Source: a virus. From it: 32,913 bases of DNA. Below, piece by piece: positions 17,661 to 26,951 of this stretch. The DNA is taken from positions 1 to 32,913 of the IMG/VR virus record IMGVR_UViG_3300027510_000010, one strand, 5' to 3'. A program made the translations under genes and the position numbers. Within the stretch, counting starts at the first letter, position 1. Each line of letters begins with the position of its first letter. Under the pieces are notes generated by a model. The model did no database searches. It worked only from the letters and a program-made list of their open reading frames with translations, and had not been told where the DNA came from.

Positions 17661-20550
17661 AACAAGCGCAGGGAAACTCGTCGTCGAGATCGTCGGCGAT
17701 GTCGCGGGGCTGACTCGGGCCTATGACGAGGCAGTGCGCCGCACCGAAGGGTTAGAGGGCAACCTCAAATCCATCGGGTCGCGGATGACGAGCATCGGCT
17801 CTGACCTCATGCTAAAGGTAACCGCCCCGCTCGCCCTCACCGGAGGGCTGATGGTCAAGACCGCGGTGGACTTCGACAACTCCATGCGGAAGGTCCAGGC
17901 TGTCACGGGGGCTACCGGGGACCAGTTCGACAAGCTCCGGCAGGCAGCTATCGATCTTGGTGCCTCAACTGCCTGGTCCGCGACTGAATCCGCGGAGGCT
18001 ATGCGGTACCTCGGTATGGCCGGGCTCGACACGAACGAGATCCTCGAGGCCACACCGCAGATGCTCAACCTCGCGTCCGCGGGGGCGATGGATCTCGGGA
18101 CCGCGGCCGACATCGCGACCAACGTCCTCACGGGTTTCAACCTGGAGATTTCAGACCTCGCCCACGTTTCCGACGTCCTCGCCAAGGCTGCAGCCAGCAG
18201 CAACACATCTGTCGAGCAGCTCGGGTACGCGATGGCCTACGTCGGACCGGTCGCGTCGTCTGCCGGGCTCTCTATCGAGGAGACGACCGCTGCAATCCAG
18301 ATAATGAGTGATGCCGGTATCCAGGGCACGATGGCCGGCACGGCGCTCCGGGGCGCGTTGTCATCCCTCCTATCCCCGACGAAACAGGCCACCGATATCC
18401 TCGCCACCTACGGCCTAACCGCGGCCGACGTCGACCCGCAGGTGCACAGCCTCGCCGAGATCATCGACACGCTCGGCGCCGTAGGTATCTCCACCGGCGA
18501 CGCCATGACTCTCTTCGGTGACCGGGCAGGTCCGGCGATGCTCACCCTGATCCGGTCCGGGGGCGACGGCATCCGGGACTATACCCGGGCCCTGGAAGCC
18601 TGTGACGGTGCCGCGCAGCAGATGGCCGAGACCATGAAGGGGGGTATCGGCGGTACGCTTGAAGAGATGGAAGGCGCGATTGAATCCCTATCCATTGCGT
18701 TTGGCGACCTGATCGCCGAAGCGCTGCTGCCCGTCATCCATGGTGTGACGAATCTCGCAAATTGGATCTCAGGCCTTGATGAAGGCACCCAGCGCGTCAT
18801 CGTCACCACCGGACTCCTCGCCGCTGCAACCGGTCCGGTCATCTGGGGGCTCGGCACCCTCGCCGGTTCGGTCGGGCAACTGATCTCTCTCTACCGCACG
18901 TATCAAGCCTCGACGATCGCCGCCACGATCGCGACGAGAGGGTTCAGCGCCGCGATCGCCGCAAACCCGATCGGGCTCGCCATCATCGGCGTGACTACAC
19001 TCGGTGCAGTCCTCCTGCCGCTGATTGCGTCCACGAATGACGCGACCAAGGCGCAGGAAGAGTATAACGCCGTGCTCCGGGAAACAGCGGATCTCACCGG
19101 CAAGACGACCGAAGAGATCGAGGACGAGATCGACATACTCAAGGAGCGGGAGCAGCAGATCCTCGCCAACATCGAGGCAATCAAGGCGCAGAACGTCGTC
19201 ACCAGACACGGAGCGTTCGAGACCCGGTATGCGGCCGAGGAGACCCGCTGGCATAAACTCGCTACCGGCGACCTGACACGGGAGTTTAGGGATACAACCG
19301 ACGCGATCAAGGACGGGACGGTCGCCCTCGGCAAGATGACGCAAGCGCAGAAGGATGCCATACTCGCCGCGAAGGAGCAGGAACTTGCTGAGATCCGGGC
19401 GGCGCGGGCCATCCGGGAGACCGAGCTCCAGGCCCGTCGTCTCGCGGACGGGGCGAAAACGGCATATGAGCAGGCGTCGAAAGCCGTCTCCGCACATCAG
19501 CGGGCCGTCTCCAACCTGCAGAAGGAGTACAACGAACTGAAAGAAACGATCGACAAAGCGCTCGGGATCGACAAGGAGATCGAGGACGCCGAGCGGGAAG
19601 TCGAGCGGGCAGACATCCGGCGCATCCGGGCAGAGCGCGACCTCGCCGATATCCGGGAAGAGATCAAGAAGATGCGGGCGGAAGCCGCAGGAGGCGACGC
19701 TGATGCCAAGCGGAAACTCGAAGACCTCCTCCTCCGCGAACGTGAGGCGGTGCTTGACGTTGCCGAGGCGCAGGATCGGTATCAGGAGGCGCTCAAAGCG
19801 GCAAGCGACGCACAGCAGGAGCGGGTTGAGATCGAGGAGGCGCTCAACGGCGAGAGCATCTCCAGCGCACAGAAGCGGCTCGACGAGATCGGCCGGATGC
19901 TCGAAGAGGAGCAGGAGAAACTCGACGTTGCGCTGGAAAAGCGGGAAGAGGCACAGATCGCGCACGAGAACTTTATGGCCATGCTGACGAGAGACTCGGC
20001 CACATATCAATCGGAGACATGGGCCGAATACGTCAAATTTATGGATGCCCATCCGGCATACGGCCGCACCTACTATGTCGAGTATGACGAGAACGGCAAC
20101 CCGATTGGCGGTCTGCCTCAGCCTCCCGTCCGCGACATCCAGATCCCGTCCTACGGCTCGCCCGCCTTCGCGGCGGCCTCCCGGAGTACAGCGTCGGTCG
20201 CGGCCGGGGCATCAGGAGGCGCACCCGAGGGGGAGCAAGGCGCTGCTCAGACTGCTGCCCCGGGTACACAGTCGTCCGGAGACCGCCGACCGGTGGTGCG
20301 CGGGAACGACACCATCTGGTCGGACGAGGCGATCCTGAAATACGCGGAACTCGCACAGGAGACCGTTCGCGTTGGCGACAAGGTCGTGGAGTCCGCAAAC
20401 GCCTTAGCCGCGCAGGCGTGGTTGCAGCGGAACGCGCCCGGGGTTACCATCCAGAACCTTAACGTCTACTCCCCGGCCGCCGACGCGAGCACAATGATGA
20501 ACGAGACGAAACGCACCCTCCGGAACATCGGGACGCAGGTGGTGCTCTGA
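17650..20550 (+). CDS. Tape measure protein (TP901-type N-terminal domain)
   Basis: 966 aa; FDNSM..V.AVTGAT..QF..L...A..LG..T..SA.E.A.AM.YL.MAG; hydrophobic mid region and long coiled-coil. Confidence 0.92.
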   Translation: MVGETSAGKLVVEIVGDVAGLTRAYDEAVRRTEGLEGNLKSIGSRMTSIGSDLMLKVTAPLALTGGLMVKTAVDFDNSMRKVQAVTGATGDQFDKLRQAAIDLGASTAWSATESAEAMRYLGMAGLDTNEILEATPQMLNLASAGAMDLGTAADIATNVLTGFNLEISDLAHVSDVLAKAAASSNTSVEQLGYAMAYVGPVASSAGLSIEETTAAIQIMSDAGIQGTMAGTALRGALSSLLSPTKQATDILATYGLTAADVDPQVHSLAEIIDTLGAVGISTGDAMTLFGDRAGPAMLTLIRSGGDGIRDYTRALEACDGAAQQMAETMKGGIGGTLEEMEGAIESLSIAFGDLIAEALLPVIHGVTNLANWISGLDEGTQRVIVTTGLLAAATGPVIWGLGTLAGSVGQLISLYRTYQASTIAATIATRGFSAAIAANPIGLAIIGVTTLGAVLLPLIASTNDATKAQEEYNAVLRETADLTGKTTEEIEDEIDILKEREQQILANIEAIKAQNVVTRHGAFETRYAAEETRWHKLATGDLTREFRDTTDAIKDGTVALGKMTQAQKDAILAAKEQELAEIRAARAIRETELQARRLADGAKTAYEQASKAVSAHQRAVSNLQKEYNELKETIDKALGIDKEIEDAEREVERADIRRIRAERDLADIREEIKKMRAEAAGGDADAKRKLEDLLLREREAVLDVAEAQDRYQEALKAASDAQQERVEIEEALNGESISSAQKRLDEIGRMLEEEQEKLDVALEKREEAQIAHENFMAMLTRDSATYQSETWAEYVKFMDAHPAYGRTYYVEYDENGNPIGGLPQPPVRDIQIPSYGSPAFAAASRSTASVAAGASGGAPEGEQGAAQTAAPGTQSSGDRRPVVRGNDTIWSDEAILKYAELAQETVRVGDKVVESANALAAQAWLQRNAPGVTIQNLNVYSPAADASTMMNETKRTLRNIGTQVVL

Positions 20551-21428
20551 TGCACCTGACCTGGCACGCTGCGAACGGCGACACGCTGGTGATCGCAGAC
20601 CCGTCACAGGCCGCTCCTGAGCCGATGTTCCGCTACCTCTCCAGCGACGGGTTCGGCGGAACCGACAATGAGATCCAGACTCGGCGAGGGGCGTATCAGG
20701 ACGGCACGACGTTACAGCAGGTCCGGCTGTCGCCCCGCACGCTGATGATCCGGTTCCTGCTCCTCGCTGCCGACCGGGCAGGGGTCGAGCAGAAACGCCG
20801 GCGGATCGCGGCCGCGTTCAATCCGCGAAACGGGGCCGGCACTCTGGTCTGGACGCAGGAGGACGGGTCGCAGTATGCGCTCCGGTGCGTGGCCCTCTCC
20901 GGCTCGCCCTCGTTCACTTCCGGGCGGCAGGCGCAGGGCCGGACCTGGCAGGAGGCCATTGTGGATCTCCTGGCGCCGGACCCCTGCTGGTTCGACGCAG
21001 AAGCGACCACGCTGCCGCTCGCCGGGCTGACCGGCGGGGCGACCTTTCCGATCTCGTTCCCGTGCATCTTCGCAGTCCAGGGAACGACGAGGGTCATCAT
21101 CAACGAGGGCGATATCGCCGCCCCCGTCCAGATCCAGATCCCCGGGCCCTGCCTTAACCCGGTGGTCGAGAACCTCTCGACCGGGGAGAAGATCGGGTTG
21201 CAGATGGAGGTCGATGAAGGGGAGACGATCGTCATCGACACCACGTACGGTAACCTGATCTGTCGGCTCCAGGCCCGCAACGGCACTCAGACCAACGCCA
21301 TGCAGTACCTGACCGCCGAGAGCACGTTTTGGCGGTTGCAGCCTGGTGTGAACATCGTGACCTTTTCGGCGCCGAGCGGGAGCGTCGAGGTCACGATCGA
21401 GTATGCATCCCGCTACACAGGAGTCTAG
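20550..21428 (+). CDS. Distal tail protein (Dit)
   Basis: Follows the TMP; YQDG.....V.L.PR...I, APDP.W, N.GD...P..I.I.GP..NP, F..LQPG.N. Confidence 0.8.
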   Translation: MHLTWHAANGDTLVIADPSQAAPEPMFRYLSSDGFGGTDNEIQTRRGAYQDGTTLQQVRLSPRTLMIRFLLLAADRAGVEQKRRRIAAAFNPRNGAGTLVWTQEDGSQYALRCVALSGSPSFTSGRQAQGRTWQEAIVDLLAPDPCWFDAEATTLPLAGLTGGATFPISFPCIFAVQGTTRVIINEGDIAAPVQIQIPGPCLNPVVENLSTGEKIGLQMEVDEGETIVIDTTYGNLICRLQARNGTQTNAMQYLTAESTFWRLQPGVNIVTFSAPSGSVEVTIEYASRYTGV

Positions 21429-21430
21429 AT

Positions 21431-21778
21431 ATGACAGTCAAACTCAACGCAAAAGGGTATGAGGCGCTCCGTGAGCGCACGCCCGTGATCGAATGGTACG
21501 CTGAACTCCAGACGGCCGATGGGTCGGCCGCCTGTGCCCGGTATGCCCTGGCTAATCATCGCACCTCGGCCACCGGGGTCACGCCGATGACCTTTTCGCT
21601 ACCGGTGACGGGAGCAGACGTCACCCTGCCCTGCCAGATCGAGCGGGTGCAACTCTTCGAGACCGCGAGCGGGGGAGACCCACTCTCCGCTGCCGAGAGT
21701 GTCGAACCCCTCCTCCTGGTCCTGGCAGCCGATGTCGGGGCCGTGGTCCTGACCATATACCTACCGGAGGTGACGTAG
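21431..21778 (+). CDS. Hypothetical tail-associated protein
   Basis: ATG 2 nt after the Dit stop; abuts the next gene. Confidence 0.65.
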   Translation: MTVKLNAKGYEALRERTPVIEWYAELQTADGSAACARYALANHRTSATGVTPMTFSLPVTGADVTLPCQIERVQLFETASGGDPLSAAESVEPLLLVLAADVGAVVLTIYLPEVT

Positions 21779-24700
21779 ATGGGATTACCTGACCTCTATC
21801 CGGCCCAGGTCGGATCTCCGTACACTACCCTTGCCGCGCCGTATACAACCGGTGAGGCTACGATGACCGTCGTGGATGCGACGAAACTCCCCGACGCCCC
21901 GAACATCGTCTGCCTTGCAGGAGCGGTTGCCGGCGAGTTCCGGTACTCCGGGAAAGATGGTAACATCCTGCAGGGAGTGACCGCGCTGCCAGGCACTCCG
22001 GCGGCGACTACCTGGCCCGCCGGGACGTTTGCATTCCGCGGGATCTCCGCATACGACCATGCCTCGATAGTCGAGCATCTCACATACCAGCGCTCCCATA
22101 TAGTCGAGGCATCCCTGGACCTTACCACCAACCACACGTATTCCGGCAGAGTCCTCGAAGGGGCCGAGGCGGGCGAGAATCTGGCATTCGGGGATCTCGC
22201 GGTGCTCGCGGAGAGCGGTAAGTTCGTGAAAGCCAATCCCGCCACCCTCGCCACCCTCGACGGCACTATCGCCCTGGTGGTCTCCGACACGATTGCCGCC
22301 GGCAGTCAGGGGATGTTCCTGCTTCGGGGTCTGATCCGAAATGACAGTTGGACGTTCTCGCCGGGCAAGGAACTCTATGCCGGCAGCGGGACGCTGACCC
22401 ATGAACCCCCGACGACCGGGACACAAATCATCCGGAAGGTCGGGACGGCGCTCACCGCGACGATCATCGAGTTCAACCCTTCATCAACCCTCCATGCTGA
22501 ATATCTGGTATCGGTTCTGCCGGTAAACACGATCAGCAAGGACAACGGTGATGTCGAGCGGAAGTTCTGGAAGGATGATTTCAGCGTTGATTCGTTGGGT
22601 GGTTATGAAGTCATAGATGGTTCCGTTGAGTATGTCACAGATCATATTAAAGTCTACAACAATACTTACTTCTACCCTATAAAATTCAAAAATAGTGCTG
22701 GATATGGTGTTAGGGCTCATATCAAACAGCCCGGTGTATCTGGGACTATGGTTAATGGGTTTAATCAGATACAATTCATGTTTGGAGGGGATATACCTTC
22801 ACAATTTCCCGTATCTGAGGATTATACTAAAAGGATTGGAGTCGCGCTGTATAATGGTGGTCCAGACACAGATTCATTATATATGGGGATTGTAACACTT
22901 AATTCACCTGTGATATGGACACGAATTAAACAGTTCCCATCATCACAAGATTACTTTGATAGTCTTGCCGCGGGTTATACGTTAGAAGTGTCCATTGATA
23001 AGAATGGATATATGATAATATCTATTCCGGAATATGGATACACCTGGACCACGAGTGCACCTGTCAAATTATCAGAAATGTCAACATTCCGTATCTTAAC
23101 ATACAACCTTAAAACACCAATCGAAATTTACAGACTTTCAGTTACTCCATCCATCTCTTACGCCGATGATTTCACCACCGATACCTCCGAGCGGTATCAG
23201 GCAGTCACCGGAACAGTTGCCTATGACGATGCCAACAAACGGATGAACGTCACCACAGCGACAGGAGCGAATGGGAAAGCATCCGGCAGGTTGAAGTCCT
23301 ACAAGTTCTGTGAAGGCGCACAACAATTTGATGTAACGCTCCCTGTCGGTGCAGACGGGGATTTCATCTGCATGGTCACTCACGCTACCGATCCTGCAAT
23401 GACCAACGGTATCGGAGTAGGTCTGCAATCCGATGGAGCAGGGAACTGGAACCTCGTAACCTTATCTGGAACTACGGTTACGGAAGGTGTCGATTCTGGA
23501 TTAGATGATGGTGATGTCGCAAGAATCGAGATAGAGAAGGATGACAAAGGGTGCTACTGGTATTACATATACGATGCTTCCGGCGTTAAACCAACAACAC
23601 CTACTGGGAAACTCTTCACCACGTTATCAGAGGGTTACACCGGATGGTATGCTAACGGTAACAGCAAGACCTATGCGATAGACAATATCTCCATTCGCGC
23701 TGAATCCATCGTGGGACGGACGAATGTCGAGGTGACTGAACCGTTCTGGCTCAGGGATGAGTTTAGTGAGGATTCACTTGGACGGTGGTTAGGTCCAAAG
23801 ACATCCGTTACAATATCCGATGGTAAACTCTTGTGGGGCAATTCAAGCACATATATGTATTTCCCTCTTGCTAGATTCAAAGAACAAACCATTTCATTCA
23901 CTTGGACACCCACATCTGCATCTGAGGAATCGGGAAGATATCGCATTGCTGTCGGGTTTTGCGAGGCGTATCCTAAGACAGAGTTGTTTTCCGACTCTGG
24001 TAACAAGTATATCCTATACTTCATAGCAGATACATCATCATTGGCTCTATACAAAAATGGGGTATCATATAAGACAAATTATGGGTTAACTGGTATTACT
24101 CTTGGTGGAACTTATAATATTACGATCACCAAATCCGGTGGGACATTTAATATTACAGTAAATGATAAAACGTTCTCGTTCATTGATGATTCTGGAACAC
24201 CGATTATCGAATCATCGTATGTAGCATTGATGTGTCCGAATGTAGGAACAATACCACATGAGATCACAAACCTCGAAATCTCCGGCACCCGAGTCTACAA
24301 CAAACCCATCCACCGAGGAGCAATGCTTGAGACATATCACGATGGGACACAGGAGATTACCGGAACCCAACTCGTGTATGATTTCCAATGGGATCGTCGT
24401 GATGAAGTTACAGCATTACTTGGAACTTATACATGGGACGTAACCAATGGACGCTTAGTGATTACTTCCGGACCATCAGATTTTACATTAATGAAATTCA
24501 ATGGGTTGAAATTCGGAGATCAATATGCTGAAATTACCATGACCATTGGAACTAATGTTGGAAGCACATTGTATTATGTATTTAATTGGGATGGTGAAAT
24601 CTCAGGTAATGGTCCACGTAATTGTTATATTATACTCGTTACCACATCTACATTCCAAATCAGAAGAGTGGAGAATGGCACATCAACAACGATTACTTCA

Positions 24701-25303
24701 GTTGCATCTGGATTGACTGCTGGAGATATGTTTACTATAAGGATGTTAAAAGTTGGAACAACTATTCAGGCAATGCTATATGATGCAAATGGCATTTTAA
24801 AACAAACCATATCAGCAACCGATTCAACATATTCAACTGGATATAGTGGATTACATGCATATGCCATTAATCAATATATTCACAAAGTTTTGATCATTGG
24901 CAAGGAACTACATTCCTCGAACGGCATTGCTGCCTGCATCCCGCCGATAGGGGGCGGGGCGAGATATGGGGTAGAAGAGTCCGTCTACATCCCCATCACC
25001 CCCGGCACCGAGATCCCGGTCGGATCTGTTGTCATCAGTCCGAACGCAAAATCCACGGTAGTCGGGACAGCCCTGACCACCTTCGCACAGACACCCGCCG
25101 GGGTCTCGGCCTCACTCGAGTATGCGACCGGCACAAAGACTTGCCCGGGTCTGTCGGCTGCCTTCGCTCCGACAGGGAGACATCGGGTCAAGGCCGACCG
25201 CAACACCCTGACGAACATCGGGGTCAAAGGATCTGCGGCTGGCACCAGTCCGGCGGTCTACATCGACAGTCTCCATGTCCGGAAGCAGGAGGTGGTAGCA
25301 TGA
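21779..25303 (+). CDS. Large tail fibre/adhesin with four tandem beta-sandwich-like modules
   Basis: 1174 aa; N-terminal AQVGSPYTTLAAP tail-anchor-like segment; modules start with D(D/E)F motifs (KDDFSVDS, ADDFTTDT, RDEFSEDS, YDFQWDR); AT-rich cores. Confidence 0.75.
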   Translation: MGLPDLYPAQVGSPYTTLAAPYTTGEATMTVVDATKLPDAPNIVCLAGAVAGEFRYSGKDGNILQGVTALPGTPAATTWPAGTFAFRGISAYDHASIVEHLTYQRSHIVEASLDLTTNHTYSGRVLEGAEAGENLAFGDLAVLAESGKFVKANPATLATLDGTIALVVSDTIAAGSQGMFLLRGLIRNDSWTFSPGKELYAGSGTLTHEPPTTGTQIIRKVGTALTATIIEFNPSSTLHAEYLVSVLPVNTISKDNGDVERKFWKDDFSVDSLGGYEVIDGSVEYVTDHIKVYNNTYFYPIKFKNSAGYGVRAHIKQPGVSGTMVNGFNQIQFMFGGDIPSQFPVSEDYTKRIGVALYNGGPDTDSLYMGIVTLNSPVIWTRIKQFPSSQDYFDSLAAGYTLEVSIDKNGYMIISIPEYGYTWTTSAPVKLSEMSTFRILTYNLKTPIEIYRLSVTPSISYADDFTTDTSERYQAVTGTVAYDDANKRMNVTTATGANGKASGRLKSYKFCEGAQQFDVTLPVGADGDFICMVTHATDPAMTNGIGVGLQSDGAGNWNLVTLSGTTVTEGVDSGLDDGDVARIEIEKDDKGCYWYYIYDASGVKPTTPTGKLFTTLSEGYTGWYANGNSKTYAIDNISIRAESIVGRTNVEVTEPFWLRDEFSEDSLGRWLGPKTSVTISDGKLLWGNSSTYMYFPLARFKEQTISFTWTPTSASEESGRYRIAVGFCEAYPKTELFSDSGNKYILYFIADTSSLALYKNGVSYKTNYGLTGITLGGTYNITITKSGGTFNITVNDKTFSFIDDSGTPIIESSYVALMCPNVGTIPHEITNLEISGTRVYNKPIHRGAMLETYHDGTQEITGTQLVYDFQWDRRDEVTALLGTYTWDVTNGRLVITSGPSDFTLMKFNGLKFGDQYAEITMTIGTNVGSTLYYVFNWDGEISGNGPRNCYIILVTTSTFQIRRVENGTSTTITSVASGLTAGDMFTIRMLKVGTTIQAMLYDANGILKQTISATDSTYSTGYSGLHAYAINQYIHKVLIIGKELHSSNGIAACIPPIGGGARYGVEESVYIPITPGTEIPVGSVVISPNAKSTVVGTALTTFAQTPAGVSASLEYATGTKTCPGLSAAFAPTGRHRVKADRNTLTNIGVKGSAAGTSPAVYIDSLHVRKQEVVA

Positions 25304-25899
25304 GCCGCCTACTCCGTGGCCCGGTGCCGGCAGAGTTCCCCTGCTCGGTGATAGAGGTCTATGACGACGATACCGGCATCGTGGAGGTGCCGGACATCTT
25401 CACCCGCCAGATTCAGACTGGCGTGGTTGAGGACGACGACGGGATCGAGATCCCGACCTACGATCTTGAGGTGTTCGAGCCGGATCTGTCTGCCTACGAG
25501 GAAGTCACCTGGGCTGAGGTCAAGACCCTGATCCACTTCGACTTCAAGATCCGCAACACCCTCTACACCTTCCGTAACACCCCGGGGGCCACGCATGCCG
25601 GCATTGAGGATGAGGTTATCTGCATCCGAGACTATCCGGCCTTCATCTATCACACGGTCGATCAGGGCGCTGCCATTGAGCATATAGGCCACTATCGCCG
25701 GCTCCGGCACCCCACTGTCCCGCCGCTCAAACTATCGGGCGATACGTTCTATGTGGGCGGCCCGGAGGACTATGATGATACTCCGTTCCAGGACGCCACT
25801 GACCCATCAATCTCGCTGACGTTGGCCGACATTGAACTCTGGAAGGATGGGGTATATGTGAAGAACTATGCCCGTCCCCGGCCTGTGGATGAGGTATGA
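25300..25899 (+). CDS. Hypothetical protein (tail-tip region)
   Basis: ATGA overlap with the adhesin stop; GGAGGTGG RBS. Confidence 0.7.
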   Translation: MSRLLRGPVPAEFPCSVIEVYDDDTGIVEVPDIFTRQIQTGVVEDDDGIEIPTYDLEVFEPDLSAYEEVTWAEVKTLIHFDFKIRNTLYTFRNTPGATHAGIEDEVICIRDYPAFIYHTVDQGAAIEHIGHYRRLRHPTVPPLKLSGDTFYVGGPEDYDDTPFQDATDPSISLTLADIELWKDGVYVKNYARPRPVDEV

Positions 25900-26126
25900 G
25901 GCGGTTTACCTTCTCCCCCTTTTCCTGCCCCGGCACCCGGCAGACTCGACACGGGGTTATTGAAGGGGCAGAGGGAACCATTGTCGCGACGCGGGAACCT
26001 CTCGTCGCCGCGGACCGGTTGGCAGCGATCGCCGGGCTTGGAGGTTATCTTGCCGGGCGGTCGTATGCGGTACCGGACGTCTCCGGCGGCGTTTCAGTGA
26101 TGTTCAAGGAGGTGTACCCCATATGA
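25896..26126 (+). CDS. Small tail-region protein, single copy of a ~70-aa unit (MRRF...SC.GT.Q.R)
   Basis: ATGA overlaps at both ends; paralogous to 26526-26951. Confidence 0.6.
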   Translation: MRRFTFSPFSCPGTRQTRHGVIEGAEGTIVATREPLVAADRLAAIAGLGGYLAGRSYAVPDVSGGVSVMFKEVYPI

Positions 26127-26455
26127 CCGATATTCAATTCAAGCGCGGCTCGACGTTGCCTGTCTACCAGATCACGCTCTACCGCCCGGACAGCCCTACG
26201 ACCCCGCTCCCCCTCGCCGGCGCCGAGGTGCGCCTGGTCGCAAAATCCCGGCTCACGGGGGAGATCGTGATCGACCGATCTCTAGAGATCCTCGATCCGA
26301 CCGCCGGCCTCTGCCAGTTCACCCGGGAGGCCGATGAGTACCACGGAGGCGAGACCTGCCAGGCAGAGATCATCGTGACGTTCGGCAACGGTGCCGTCCT
26401 GATCCTGCCGACGACCGGCTACTACTCCCTCATCATTGAGGACTCGCTGGCATGA
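26123..26455 (+). CDS. BppU-N-like baseplate/Ig-like domain protein
   Basis: IQFKRGSTLP...L....PLPLAGAEVRL...G.C.F...G....AEI.VTF.NG....LPT.GY. Confidence 0.65.
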   Translation: MTDIQFKRGSTLPVYQITLYRPDSPTTPLPLAGAEVRLVAKSRLTGEIVIDRSLEILDPTAGLCQFTREADEYHGGETCQAEIIVTFGNGAVLILPTTGYYSLIIEDSLA

Positions 26456-26529
26456 CCGACATTGAACTCCGGAAGGATGGGGCATATGTTAAGAACTATG
26501 CCCGTCCCCGGCCTGAGGAGGAAGTATGA
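26452..26529 (+). pseudogene. 25-aa remnant ORF (MTDIELRKDGAYVKNYARPRPEEEV), a duplicated C-terminus of the 25300-25899 gene
   Basis: Lies in repeat A; ATGA overlaps at both ends, so translational coupling is preserved. Confidence 0.55.
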
Positions 26530-26951
26530 GGCGGTTTACCATCTCCCCCTTTTCCTGCCTCGGTACCCGGCAATCTCGTGTCGTCGAGGTTGCAGGCGAG
26601 AGTGCTACTGTTGACGCCACTCGCTCGTTTGCAGCGGCACCCCGGACCGTCGCAGTAGAGATCCCCTTGGAGGTCTGGCTGGATGCACATGCATACCTGG
26701 GCACCGCTCCGTCGTACCTGGTTCCTGGGATGCGGCGATTCGGGCTGTCCCGGTTTTCCTGCCCCGGCACCCTCCAGTCTCGACACATGGCTGTTGAGGG
26801 GGCAGAGGCAACCATTGCCGCGACGCGGGATCCTCTCGTCGCTGCGGACCGGTTGGCAGCGATCGCCGGGCTTGGAGGTTATCTTGCCGGGCGGTCGTAT
26901 GCGGTACCGGACGTCTCCGGCGGCGTCAACATAACGTTCGAGGAGATATAG
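26526..26951 (+). CDS. Tail-region protein with two tandem copies of the ~70-aa MRRF unit
   Basis: MRRFTISPFSCLGTRQSR... and MRRFGLSRFSCPGTLQSR... Confidence 0.6.
   Translation: MRRFTISPFSCLGTRQSRVVEVAGESATVDATRSFAAAPRTVAVEIPLEVWLDAHAYLGTAPSYLVPGMRRFGLSRFSCPGTLQSRHMAVEGAEATIAATRDPLVAADRLAAIAGLGGYLAGRSYAVPDVSGGVNITFEEI

Larger units (their letters stand above)
25826..26572 (+). repeat. Direct repeat A: 25826-25942 vs 26456-26572
   Basis: 117 bp, 9 mismatches, no indels, offset 630. Confidence 0.95.
25920..26926 (+). repeat. Direct repeat B: 25920-26092 vs 26754-26926
   Basis: 173 bp, offset 834; the last 83 bp are identical (26010-26092 = 26844-26926). Confidence 0.95.

Noticed and set aside
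25826-26926. Diversity-generating retroelement (TR/VR pair) near the tail genes
   Set aside because: No reverse transcriptase in the window. Mismatches between copies involve all four bases rather than adenines on one strand, and both copies are coding.
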